From the NCBI RefSeq assembly GCF_006345805.1, contig NC_042999.1:104222001-104286000 (forward strand): a stretch of DNA of 64,000 nt, in the 5' to 3' direction. Made by a program: the position numbers and the translations under genes. How positions within the stretch are numbered: the stretch's first letter is position 1; every line of letters begins with the position of its first letter. Below, in pieces: positions 14,126 to 27,639 of the stretch. The notes beneath the pieces were generated by a model. The model was not told the DNA's origin. It made no database searches and saw only the letters and a program-made list of their open reading frames with translations. The DNA comes from Octopus sinensis. Its lineage: Eukaryota.

Positions 14126-16436
14126 TTATTTGTATGTATCCATAGCAATTATTGCTAAAGCTATAATTACCACAAGTGTGGACACAATTAATGATAATCT
14201 CACTATATATAAACATTCCTAGCTAGATTAATTACTATAGATTTAATACTGATTTTTAGCATGAACATGCAGTCTCTTGGATATAAAAGAGGGTGGGGGA
14301 AAGGAAATGGAAAGGTTGATGGCTTTCCCATCAGCAATTTGTAAAAACAAATGAAGTTCATGAAGAAGAATTTACGTAGTTGTTTGACCTGTTAGAAATA
14401 CCTACCAAATCTCCCTTGAATCACATCTTGCCATCTTAAAAATGGACACATTGGAAAACATGCAAATGTAGTCTGTAAAAATGATTGGCTGATCATACCT
14501 AGCATGCTATTGGTTGTAGATCTATCTCAATTAAAGATGACCTGGAACTAAACAGCAACAACAACAATATTGAGTGAATTTCACAGTTTTAACTGCAAAT
14601 TGAACCTGGGTAGTGAATTTAATTGTCTATAACTGCTAGCTGGTAACAATGATATGGTTGGTAGATAGACATGATATACCCCCCTATTTTGTAAGTAGAT
14701 GGTTGTTGTTGCTTAGCCTACGCATGAGCAACTCTTTTTGAGAAATGGGCAACATAAGATATGGCTCATCATCAGATGGGCCACACTATTGAACAATTCA
14801 AGGCAATCTTTCATTAGGTATGCCATTCAGAAAGGCTGCTGTTTGTCCCCGACAGCTTCTGAACAAGAACACCTAAGATCAAAGGCATTTTATAGAGTAA
14901 GGGACAGATTGTAGGAATTAAAGATTTTCTAGTCAATCTTCCTTATTTCACTCACAGTCCAGTTCCAAACATTGAAACTATAAATAACAACCAGAACTTT
15001 TAAGGAATTTATAGCTAACACCTTGTTACATGCATTTAACTCAGATTTTAGGACAGCTCAAACTCTCCTTGTTGTCTCTTGAGGTCTCTGGGTGAGACTT
15101 GGAGTCAACTTGTACAAATACAAAGCAAAAGCCAAACATATAATAATAATAATTATAATACAGTTTGCAGGAGAGAAGACTATGCTGAAAAAAAAATATG
15201 TGTATGGAGAAGGATAGCTGTGAAAAGAAGTGCTGCATGTTCAAAGGGAATGACATCAGTGAAAGTGGGAAATGGAATGAGACTTGAGGCAAAGTGATGA
15301 AGGTTGCTCTCAAGTTGTGGCACATCACAAAGGAGATGACGAAGGAGATGTAGATTTGTGTTATACAGTGATGGAGAAGACCTGGCCAATTGTGCAAGCT
15401 TGGCAAATCGAACTTTAAAATTAGTGATAGCAATGAAATATGATGTAGCTGAGAAATTTGCTTCACAACTACTTGGTGTTGGGTTCTGGATCACTGCACA
15501 ACATCTTGAACTAGCATCTTCTATTGTAGTCTTGAATGATCAAAGACTTGTGTGTGGATTTGGTTGACAGAAACATGTATGTGGGGGTGGGGTGGTGCAT
15601 TGAGTGGATGTACATACCTTATGTATAAATATCAGAAAAAATGGTTTTAATTGTTATTTATAATTAGATTATTTTGAGTATACTGACATATGTATTAAAT
15701 AGATTTTATATATTGTAAACCTATTTCAGTAAGTCATGATTTATCATATATAATAGTATAGGGAGTAGTGAATACTCTTTACAGTTATGGTGTACAAAGA
15801 ATCCCTTTTACATTGGCATCCACCTGTACACTCTTTAAAGTGGCTGGTGAATGATTCCAAAGAAAGCGTAGAGTAAGATTAACCCTTTAGTATTGTTTTG
15901 TTGAGAACATAAAAACCTCTAGTGCTGGTGCCATCATAAAATGCAACTAATACATTTTGAAAAATATGCAGAAAACAAATGGATTGAGGGAAAAGTTTAG
16001 TCTTTTACTTAGATCACAACAAACTCTCTAGTGCTGGTGCTATGATAAAATGCACCCATTACACTCTGTAAAATGGTTGGTAATGGGAAAAGCATCCACT
16101 TATAGTAATGACGCCAAACTAAAATATACAAAAAAAAAATGTGATTCTCTGACCTGTTTAGGATGACATTAACTTCCAGAAAAAGAAGTGGCTTGGAATG
16201 TGATGACTTGTCCAAATCATGCCAATATGGAATTATGGAATGCATATGCAAAATTATAACGATTTTATATGTGTGTGTATATATATGGTGAAGGTTAGTG
16301 GCCTGGTGGTTATGTTCTACAATCAGCAGGAAGTTTCCTATTGTGTGCATTTATGTGAGATTTCAGTCTGGCCTCTGACATGCAGATTTTGCCCCACATA
16401 TCTATCCATCTATCCATATATATGTGTATATATGTA

Positions 16437-16655
16437 TATGATGGGGTGCTGAAAAGTTCCTAGCTGTGGATAAAAGAAAATGCCAAAGGATCAGTTAAAT
16501 ATGATTTTATTCAACATAAACCCTCTCAGATTCACACACTTATTGAGTGGTACTTCAGTTTTTCTAAGCCCTGCAAAAGAACTCAGAATATTGGGCCTCC
16601 AATCAGGCGTTTTGCAAAGCCCTTAAAGCCAGTAACTATTCTGTACTTCCTCATA
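16437..16655 (+). mobile_element. mariner-type MITE, about 210 bp
   Basis: TAtgatggggtgctgaaaag...cttcctcaTA; collinear with 40548-40754. Confidence 0.6.
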
Positions 16656-16674
16656 CACCCCCACCCCACACACA

Positions 16675-16750
<76 letters not shown>

Positions 16751-16867
16751 CAAAATGGGACAAGAATGCAAAACATCCATATATATTTATATATATATAT
16801 TGTTATCATCATCATCATCATCATTTAACATCTGCCTTCCATGCTGGCATGGGCTGGACTATATGTT

Positions 16868-16911
<44 letters not shown>

Positions 16912-17217
16912 TTTGAAAATGAAGAGATTCAATGGATATGAATTAATTAATTAACATTGCCAGGATACTCAAAATGCAAACATATATTATCATATATGTT
17001 TTGTAATTTAAATTGGCTGTAAAGTGAAACAATTGTAGGCACTGTTGGTTAGTTAATAAATTGATTTGTAGCTATTGAATCTCTCCTTTTTTAAACTTAA
17101 TAATATTTGATGTTTTATAATATATCTATTGAAGAAATATCTCTTCAAAATATAATATATTAAACCAGGGTATCTTGGATAAAACTATCCTTATAAGAGG
17201 TTTAAATATCCTCATAG

Positions 17218-17261
<44 letters not shown>

Positions 17262-17404
17262 AATATACATATTTAGCTTAGACATTATGAGACTAATAAC
17301 CTGGTGTAGAAGTCAATATATGTGTGCTTCAGAATGAAGTGTTAGATGAGTAGAGAGCAGTTATAATGAAATGAGATGACGAAGGAAAAATCGGTTATAT
17401 GAAC

Positions 17405-17495
17405 TCATTAGGTTACAACTGTTTCAGCTATATGATGGAGTGGACTCATAGCTGAGTGCCTGAATAACACCCTATAGCTTCATCAGAGCCTCAAA
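17405..17495 (-). ncRNA. Type I hammerhead ribozyme-like motif
   Basis: CUGAUGA-agcuaua...uauagcu-GAAA-caguug-UA; stem I degenerate. Confidence 0.55.
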
Positions 17496-18047
17496 TATGA
17501 AGTGCAATTTATTTGATACATTCATACATATACAAAAGAAAGGACCCACTTTGGTCATGACTGACCATGGGATTCACATAGACAGTTCCCTCTGAGGCAC
17601 AAGTCCAGGCAAGGTTGTTTATGGAAGAACAGCAGTCACCCATACATACCAGCCATTCATCTCCACACCACTGACATTATCCAAAAGAAAGACAAAGGCT
17701 GATACAGCTTGGTACCAGTGATTTCACAACACATTTCTACATTTAAGTAAACTGGAGCAACATGAACTAAAGTGTATTGCTCAAGAACACAACACGCAGT
17801 CTGGTTCAGGAACTGAACTCACCACCTCATGATTGTGAGCCCAGTTCTCTCACCACTGAACCATGAACGTCAGGTTTTTCAGTCAGCTGTGTGAACATTC
17901 TGCTGATAGATGCACTCTTAAATAATTCTTAGTTTGAATGAGTTTGACACAAGTATGACAAAACTAGAATCCAGAATTACAAGTACATATATGTGCCTGT
18001 ACATATATACATGCACACACACACACACATGCACAGTTAGATAGACA

Positions 18048-18080
18048 GACAGATAAATAGATAGATAGGTAAATAGAGAA

Positions 18081-18128
<48 letters not shown>
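18048..18128. repeat. (GATA)n microsatellite
   Basis: Direct reading. Confidence 0.9.
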
Positions 18129-18129
<1 letters not shown>

Positions 18130-18480
18130 CACATACATACGTACATGCATACATATATACATACATACATAGGGAGACAGATATATGTGCATGTGTACAT
18201 TCATATAGATAAAAGTATATACGTATGTGCTTATTAATTATTTCTACTCTAGGCACAAGACCTTGAAAATTTTGGGGAAGGGGACTAGTCGATTATATTG
18301 ACCCAGTGTGTAACTGGTACTTATTTCATTGAACCTGAAAGATGACAGGCAAAGTTGACTCAGGGCATCAAGAGAGACAACATACCAGTAAGCATTTTGC
18401 CTGGTGTGCTAACGACTCTGCCAGCTCACTGTCTTTATGTGCTTATTAATGCAGCAGATATGTGTGTGCATTTGTGTAAG

Positions 18481-18522
<42 letters not shown>

Positions 18523-18869
18523 CTTATTGTATACAGTTGTCAGGTACACTATACAGTGCTCAGGTACACTACAACTCATCAGAAAAAATAACCAAAACTG
18601 CATGAACAGTACATAGAATACACACAAAAAGTGAACAGTGAACAAGTCTTAAAAAAAAGGTGTGTGTGTGTGTGTGTGTGCATATATTTATTAATGACAT
18701 AACAAAACTTGGTTTAAATCTTTTTACATGAAATACATTTAAAAAGGAACGCTATTTCTTGTTTGGCATACATAGACACAAAGGCATACACACATAGACA
18801 TAGACACACATATACATATGTAGATACAGATATAAATACAGATATATTTCTCCATGTAGAAATACTTAC

Positions 18870-18971
18870 CACTTTGATCAACTGAAATATATAACAGATA
18901 AAAATATAATCCAACACAGCAAGGCAGTCCTGTAACCTGACATCTCCATGTAAAAGAATTTTAGCGAGGAA
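18870..18971 (-). CDS. Isolated candidate exon, 102 nt, phase 0-0
   Basis: aatattttag|TTC...GTG|gtaagt; open frame FLAKILLHGDVRLQDCLAVLDYIFICYIFQLIKV. No partner exons identified. Confidence 0.25.
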
Positions 18972-21900
18972 CTAAAATATTAAGGTTCAATCTCCAATGG
19001 TACTTTGTAAGATAAAAGGGTTTGTTTATTATTATTTTGTGATAGCTACACTACTGGAAACAACAGCATTGAGACTTGGTGAGACTTGTTTAAGAGAAGG
19101 CTGGCCACCACATTTATGTTTGTTGTTTTTCATTCACTTGTCCTAGACACGGACCAGAAATGTGTTGTTGCAAGTTGTAACCTGCTTCTTGCATTCTGTC
19201 AGCCATCAGAAAGACACGGTGGTGATTAGAAAACTGAAACCAGCTCAACCTATATATTGGTAATTATTATAGTAGTAGCAGTAGTATTGATATTAGTTGT
19301 AGTAATAACAACAACAACAATCATAATCATTATCATTGTCATCATCATCATTTAACATCCATTTTCCATGCTGGCATAGGTTGAATGGTTCAACAGGACA
19401 TGAATAGGCAAATGACTGCACCAAGCTTCATTGTCTGTTTTGATGGGGTTGTCACAGCTGGATGCCCTTCCTAACACTAACCACCTTACAATAATAATAA
19501 TAATAATAATGATAATAATAATAATAATAATAATAATACTTTCTACTATAGGCACAAGACCTGAAATTTTAGGGAAGAGGGCTAGTTGATTACATTGACC
19601 TCAATGCTCAACTGGTACTTATTTCCTTGACCCTGAAAGGATGAAAAAGCAAAGTCAACTTCAGTGGAATTTGAACTCAGAAAGTAAAGACAGACAAGAT
19701 GCCACTAAGCATTTTGCCTGGCATGCTAATGATTCTGTTAGCTTGCTGCCTTAGACAATAATAACAATAATAATGGTTTCAATAATAATGATAATAATGG
19801 TTTCAAATGTTGGCACAAGGCCAGCAATTTTGGGCGAGGGATTAAGTCGATTACATCAACCTCAGTGTCCAACTGGCACATTTTTCATCAACCCTGAAAG
19901 GGTGAAGGGTAAAGGTGACCACAGTGGAAATTGAACTTAGAACACGAAAATGGATGAAATGCTGCTAAGCATTTTCCCAGCATGCTAATGAGTCTGCCAG
20001 CTTGCTGCCTTAAGCAACAACAACAATAATAATGATAATCCTTTCTACTATAAAGGCATAATGCCTGAAATTTTGGAGTAGAGGACTAATTGATTACATC
20101 AGCTCCAGTACTCAACTGGTATTTCATTTATCGACCCTGAATGGATGAGAGGCAAAGCTGGAATTTAAACTCAGAATGTAGAGACATATGAAATGTCGCT
20201 AAGCATTTTTCCCTGGTGTGCTAATAATTCTGCCAACTTGCTGCCTTACCACAATAATAATAATAATAAAAATCAAATGGAAATTGTAGTTGTGATACCT
20301 GTGCTGGTGGCATGTAAAAAGTACCATCCGAATGTGGCTGATGCCAGTGCCACCTTCACTGGCTTCCGTACTGGTGGCATGTAAAAAGCACCAACCGATC
20401 GTGGCCATTTCCAGCCTCCCCTGGCACCTGTGCTGGTGGCATGTAAAAAGCACCTACTACACTCACGGAGTGGTTGGCGTTAGGAAGGGCATCCAGCTGT
20501 AGAAATACTGCCAGATCAGACTGGAGCCTGGTGCAGCCTCCTAGCTTCCAAGACCCTGGTTGAACCATCCAACTCATGCTAGCATGGAAAACGGACGTTA
20601 AAACAAAAAAATAATAATAGTAATATAACATCTGATCCAAAGTTTTTACAATTCCACCAATATGTTGCCCAGGATTGGTACCTTTTTACTGATTGCAAAA
20701 AGGATGAAAGGAAAAGTTGATTTTGGCTGAACTGGAACACAAATATTGCACAGACAGTTGGAACAAATAACAGCAGGGTATTCTATCTCATGCTCTAACG
20801 ATTCTCCAATTCATTGCCCTGGCTAAATATCAGCACAAGTTCCACCTTTTTGCTAGTAATACCACTACCACCACCACCATCACCACTACTGCCACAAACC
20901 ACTACCAACACCAGCAGTAGCAGTACTACTACTGCTTCTACCATACCCTCCACTGCCACCACCACTACCACTGACAACAATAACAACAGTCACAAGGATT
21001 CCTGTGTGTTGCAGGTTGATCACAAAAAATAGCAGTAAAATCTTCCTCGGTTGTTGTCCTGGGTTTCCTGCACATAGGAAACTGACCAGATGGTCATTAT
21101 TGTAATGCCTTTAAGGTGTGCTTGATCAGGGTTGACCTGTGGCTAAGCAACAACACAAATTCCACCTTCTAGCTGACAATTCCTCTGGGATCAACAATAC
21201 CATTATCACTGCCACCACCACTACATATCACCACCATATACCACCAGCACCTCCACCACCACTGCCACAACTGCCACCATCACCACTCCACAACCACCAC
21301 CTATTGGCTTATAGGCACAACCATGGCTGTGTGGTAAGAAGCTTGCTTCCCAACCATATGGTTCTGGGTTCAGTCCTACTGCATGGCACCTTAGGCAAGT
21401 GTCTTCTGCTATAGCCTTGGGCCGACCAAAGACTTGTGAGTGGATTTGGTAGACAGAAGCTAAAAGACGCCCTTATATATGTATGTGTGTGTGTGGGCTG
21501 TTTGTGTCTGTGCTTATCTCCCACCACTGCTTAACAACCAGTGTTGGTGTGTTTATGTCTCTGTAACTAAGTGGTTTGGCAAAAGAGACTGATGGAATAA
21601 GCTCCAGAGTTAAAAATAAATAAAGTACTAGGATTGGTTTGTTTTGACTAAAAAGTTCTTCAAGGCAGTGCCCCAGCATGGCCACAGTCTGAATGATGGA
21701 AACAGGTAAAAGACAAAAGGTATTACTAACAATGCCATCATCAGCAATACTCCCCCCCCACCAGCACCAACATCAAAAACAACATTTCTAACACCACAAA
21801 GTAACGTCATCAGCACTCTACCACATTCCATTTTCTGTTAGCATGTCCAGTCATCTAATAACTCCTAATTAAGCTTCTAGTGAACCTAAACAGATAATTT

Positions 21901-22043
21901 ACACTAGTCGCGTGTGTGTTGTATATGTATTATACGTATGCACACACACATACGTTTATATATTGTGAGTATCATCATCATCATCATCATCGTTTAACGT
22001 CCATTTTCCATGCTAGCATGGGTTGGACAATATACGTATGTAT

Positions 22044-22099
<56 letters not shown>

Positions 22100-22161
22100 A
22101 TATTTATAAACAGGTGCAGGAGTGGTTGTGTGGTAAGTAGCTTGCTTACCAACCACACGGT

Positions 22162-23035
22162 TGATGAGCTAACCCTAGCCAGAATCGAACCCATATATCA
22201 ACACTTACATGGCTACATGCACATCCAATTGGGTCAAACACTCACCCGTAACTTTCAAAGCTTTCTGATTTTATTCTTTTATTCCTTTATTTGTTTCAGT
22301 CATTTGACTGTGGCCATTCTGGAGCACCACCTTTAGTCGAACAAATCTACACCAGCCTTGTACTTATTCTATTGGTCTCTTTTGCCGAACCACTAAGTTA
22401 CAGGGATGTAAATACACCAACAGCAGTTGTCAAGTGATGGTGGTGGGTACAAACACAGACACACAAACAAATACATATATATATATATATATATATATGC
22501 TGTTGGTGTATTTACATCCCTGTAACTTAGTGGTTCGGCAAAAGAGACCAATAGAATAAGTACAAGGCTGGTGTAGATTTGTTCGACTAAAGGTGGTGCT
22601 CCAGAATGGCCACAGTCAAATGACTGAAACAAATAAAGGAATAAAAGAATAAAATCAGAAAGCTTTGAAAGTTACGGGTGAGTGTTTGACCCAATTGGAC
22701 GTGCATGTAGCCATATATATATGTATTTGTTTGTGTGTCTGTGTTTGTACCCACTACCATCACTTGACAACTGCTGTTGGTGTGTTTACATCCCTGTAAC
22801 TTAGTGGTTCGGCAAAAGAGACCAATAGAATAAGTACAAGGCTGGTGTAGATTTGTTCGACTAAAGGTGGTGCTCCAGAATGGCCACAGTCAAATGACTG
22901 AAACAAATAAAGGAATAAAAGAATAAAATCAGAAAGCTTTGAAAGTTACAGGTGAGTGTTTGACCCAATTAGATGTGCATGTAGCCATGTAAGTGTTGAT
23001 ATATGGATTCGATTCTGGCTAGGGTTAGCTCATCA
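22162..23035. repeat. Local triplication: segment, partial inverted copy, full inverted copy
   Basis: 22162-22498 is the reverse complement of 22713-23035; 22499-22714 is a further reverse-complement copy of about 22217-22430. Confidence 0.93.
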
Positions 23036-24499
23036 TTTTTCAATCAATTTGTTTATATATACATGTTACTTTAAATTGGAGAATATATATATTATTATTT
23101 TGATATATTATCACAGTTATTAATGTGTATGTATATGTATATATGGCACTGTCGGTTATGACGATGAGTGCTCCAGTTGATCATGTCAAAGAACAGCCTG
23201 CTCATGAAATTAATGTGCAAGTGGCTGAGCACTCCACAGACACATGTACTCTTAATGTAGTTCTCGGGGAGATTCAGCATGACACAGAATGTGACAAAGC
23301 CAGCCCTTTGAAATATAAGTACTACTCATTTTTGGCAGCTGAATGGGCTGGAGCAACATGAAATGAAGTGTTTTGCTCAAGATTACAACATGCTGTCAGA
23401 TATCAAACTCATGACCTTACACACATGAGCTGACTACCCTAACCACTAATCCATTAATGGCTTTATGGCCGTTATCTCAACATGTATTTCTAATCAGTAT
23501 ATCCTTACTGTCTCTGAAGAGAATAATCTTATGATTTTAATTTTTAAATTAATTATCTAAAGATTTCTGAATTGAAACAGCTGTCAGAGATGTCATATTT
23601 TATAATTAATAAATAATTAATAAATGATTTTATTAATTACTTCTCCATTGTCTCCTTATTCTTTAAATATATATATATACACATACATACAGGGTATGAT
23701 GGGTATTTTATGATTTATATTTTTAATTTCACACATATGCATTGTTGGTTTTGGATTTTGTCGACTGCAAGGTCAGTTGGGCACCATCTGTGAGAAAAAC
23801 AGCCTCATGACGTAGTTAACTCTGCCAGAAATTTGGAAACAAGATGCTGCACTGATTGACTGGAGAAGATCTGCCATTTGAACTCAAATGGTGAAAGCAA
23901 TGGACGTTTGTCAGACTTGTATATATCCTCATCATGTCTGGCAGCTAGCCTGGACTGATGCCACTCTTTCATGCCAGATGTCCTCATTAAGCATTGAGCA
24001 ATGCATCATGAATGACTGACCTGGGTTTTAGCCACATTGGTCTTTTGCTAGCTGAAATATCTCATCTGCATATACTAGACAAGTAGTTTACTAACTGAAC
24101 TGGTTGATCCTAGCAACATTTTGTGTATTCATTTGCTCAGTATTTTGTGATATTCACAGTATCTAGTAATGCTTGCCATTGACTTAGTAAGTTCATCTAC
24201 TAAAATAATTCACATCCACCATGCTGTATCCCTTAATTTTATGTACCCTGCTTCAGATGGTTACACGCTATTAACACATAATTGAAGGTTCCTGGCAGGT
24301 GCTTCTGGCTCAGAGTTTATATGGAAACAATAGTGGATAAAAGAGGCACTGACATAAGATTATATCTGAGATTAAATTTGTAGACATTACAACCATTTGT
24401 TTAATAATAAACATATATTTCAAAGTGAGACTAAATATATGTCCATTAAACATATGCTTGTAACTCTCTTTGCCAATCTATATCATATTTATACATGAA

Positions 24500-24845
24500 G
24501 GTGCATGGCTGAGTGGTTAGAGTGTCAGCCTCACAATCATGAGGTAGTGAGTTCAGTTCCTGGACTGGGCTGTATTATATTGTGTTCTTCAGCAAGACAC
24601 TTTATTTCTCAATGCTCCAATTCACTCAGCTACAAAAATGAGTTGCGACGTCACTGGTGCCAAGCTGTATCTGCCTTTGCTTTTCCCTTGGATAACATCA
24701 GTGGTGTGGAGAGGGGAGGCTGGTATGCATGAGTGACTGCTGGTCTTCCATAAACAACCTTGTTTGGACATATACCTCAGATGGTAACTTTCTAGGAGCA
24801 ATTCCATGGTCATTCATGACCAAAAGGGATCTTTACCTTTTTATC
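24500..24845 (+). mobile_element. tRNA-derived SINE family E (Deu/Nin-like body)
   Basis: tggctgagtggttagagtg...gagttcagttcc...tgtgttcttcagcaagacacttta. Related copies on the minus strand at about 17530-17870 and 23140-23460. Confidence 0.7.
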
Positions 24846-24903
<58 letters not shown>

Positions 24904-24904
24904 T

Positions 24905-25945
24905 TAGATTTATACCAATAATAATTGGTGCGCTAGGTTTTGTGAGTAAATGCTCAGTGACAATTTGGATAAGCTAGGATTTTCAGAAAAAGAAGCCAAC
25001 TCACATATTGCAAATACTGTGGAACAGTAAAAATATGCATGATTTATATCAAGTTTAAAATGTGACTTTGTTTTTGTTATCTAGATTCCAATGATGGCAC
25101 TTTGTACAGGATGTCCCAGAAAGACCTACCTGTGATTAAAACTTTTTGTAAAGAATATTGGTTCAGGTAATGTTATCTATATTCTACATAAAAATTTGCA
25201 TATATCTTTTGTTCATGTGTCTCTTGTTTCATTCCTCTATAACAGGTTTGTCAACAAAAATGGTGTTAGAAGCAAAATGTGACCAGATTGTCACTTTGAA
25301 AACAGCTGGAGTGAGCAACAAGGACATAAGAAAAAAGTTGAATGTGTGCTGTAAAACAGTGTTCATTATCTGGAAATGATTTATGGAGTCCATTTTCTGG
25401 TAGGAAATGATCAAGTCATACCAAACAAATTGTTAAAGCTGTGAAGAAGCGAATGAAATCCCAATAGGAGTGCAAGAAAAACTGCAAAAGCTTTTGGTAT
25501 TTTGAAATTGTCAATGCACAGGATTTTTAAAGAGCATTTAAAGCTACCTGTATACATGAAACAATCCTGGCAGTTAATTTCAGCATCTTCCAAGAAGAAA
25601 CAGCTTGACAGTGGTATATTAGCTGAGATGAAGCACGCTGCTAAAAGTGTTGATCTGGTGATGAGAAGATCTTCACCATGGAGGCAGTTACCAGCAAAAA
25701 GAATAGCAGGTCTTATCAATGTAATACAGGAGACTTCAATTTACACCATCAGAAGCAAGCTTCACTCATGGTGTGGGCTGCAGTTGTATCTGAAGGGTCC
25801 AAGTGTCCCTTGATGCTGGCATCAAAGGCAACAATAAAGTTTATGTGGATATATCTTTCTGTGATACCCTGTATCTTTGTTAGAAACCAGTTCCTTCCTC
25901 AGAGGAAAAATTTAAATAATTAAAAACAGAAAAGAACACCTACTT
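24905..25945 (+). mobile_element. Shorter copy of the same RLE LINE 3' end, split by a maT/Tc1 insertion
   Basis: RFIPIIIGALGFVSKC; 24918-25104 and 25874-25940 are collinear with 37320-37600. Confidence 0.75.
25105..25873 (+). mobile_element. Internally deleted Tc1/mariner element, maT (DD37D)-like
   Basis: TIRs TAcaggatgtcccagaaag / ctttctgtgataccctgTA; HTH-like MVLEAKCDQIVTLKTAGVSNKDI; SDEKIFTMEAVTSKKNSRSY and LMVWAAV. Subfamily call rests on motif resemblance only. Confidence 0.82.
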
Positions 25946-27599
25946 ATATCTGCATCTGTTTAATTACACATATGGATGAAATTAAGCTTGTTGTGGATTC
26001 ACTGGTAATGTTGTATTGGAAATATAGTTTATGGAGGAGGATTCCAGCTGTAAGCATATGCAAATACATGTGGCTTGCATTAGCCAGCACATATGCCCTA
26101 ACACACATGTATACATATCAACATCCATGTGATTCTGTTCAAGTGTTTGTGTGTTTATAGTGATGTATGTGTGTGTGATTGTTTTCATACAGAAGGATGG
26201 GTATAAATAGGGTTTTATGCATATATGCACATGTTTGTACGTAAATATTTGAGCCTGAATATTTGCGTATGTATATGTGCATATGCTTGTATATATGTAT
26301 CCATGAGTGTGTTTATGTAACCCCTTCTATGTACACATACAGATACACACACACACACACACACATTAGCATTCATGTGATTCTATAGATGTGTATGTGT
26401 GTGTATGTGCATGTTTAATACAAGAATATGTATTTGTTTGTATATACCTGCCTTTAAGAATGTGTGTGCATACGTGTGTGTGTGTGTGTAGGTGTGTATG
26501 TGTATGTGTGTTTAAGCATATGCATATTTGTTGATTGCATTATATTAGTTCACATATCTTCTCTAGCTTCTCCCTCTTTCTGTTCAGCTCAGTTGACTGG
26601 GTGGGGAGGTAAGGCAAGAAATATGTTTGTATGTGTGTTTGTATGAGAGGGATTTGGTGTTGGTCACAGTGAGTTGGTGATGGATTTGTTCATGGTGATA
26701 TTGGTGGTGTTGTGGTGATAGGAGTGATAATTATAATCTTGGTGGCGATAGTAGTAGTTGATGTTGATGATGATAGTGGTGATGATGGTGATAATGATGG
26801 CGATGTGATAGTAATGTTAGATGGAGCAGCAATGGGTGGGGTGGGAGGAAGTCTTTGATCTGTGAAGATCAAATTAATTTGGCAACAAGATTGGGGGATG
26901 GCTGAATGATGAGGTTTTGACAAGCTGAAAATCCATAGCAACGATCGGAGTCTTCAGAGTGTATGTATGTTTTGTTTGAGGAAGGAAGACAAGAGAAAGA
27001 AGAGAAGGAAAGTGAAGAAGGTAAAGGTGATAATGACAGTGATGGTAATGTTAGCGGTGGTGGGGAGGAGAAGGAAGAGGAGGAAGAGTTTGTCACTTCT
27101 GCTTGACTTTGAAACAAAAGACTCCTAATTACTTCTTTTTTTTATATATACAGTAGTTGCAAACAAAGACAAATAAACATAACAGTAATGTAAACATTAT
27201 ATGGCTAAAGATGGGCTAACCTGAGAGGAGTGATCAGCATACAAAATGCAAATACAATAGATGATAATATTTGTAATATTGGGAGTTGAAAATCCTTGAT
27301 TGATGGGAGTTATCTAAGCAATTGGGGATAAAAGCATCTCTTAGAAGTGTTTATAATCTAAAAAGGTAAAAAGAGAGTTACCTTCAATAAGATCAGATGA
27401 AAATTTTGGACAATGCAGAATACAATGAAATCTGGTTTTCAAAGAAGACAAAGTCCACCCCAATTTTTTGTATGTAATGAGCATGCAAATTCTACTTAAT
27501 GATTAAAAGTGATTAACACACACACACACATGCACACACACGCATGCACACACACACACACGCACACACACATGCACACACACACACATGCATGCATGC

Positions 27600-27639
<40 letters not shown>

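Noticed and set aside
14720-14818. Possible plus-strand exon (PTHEQLFLRNGQ...) ending AG|gtatgc
   Set aside because: No partner exons or homology; expected by chance.
20860-21300. Pro/Thr/His-rich low-complexity ORFs, also at 26680-27080
   Set aside because: Degenerate (ACC/ACT/ATC)n trinucleotide repeats without splice or homology support.
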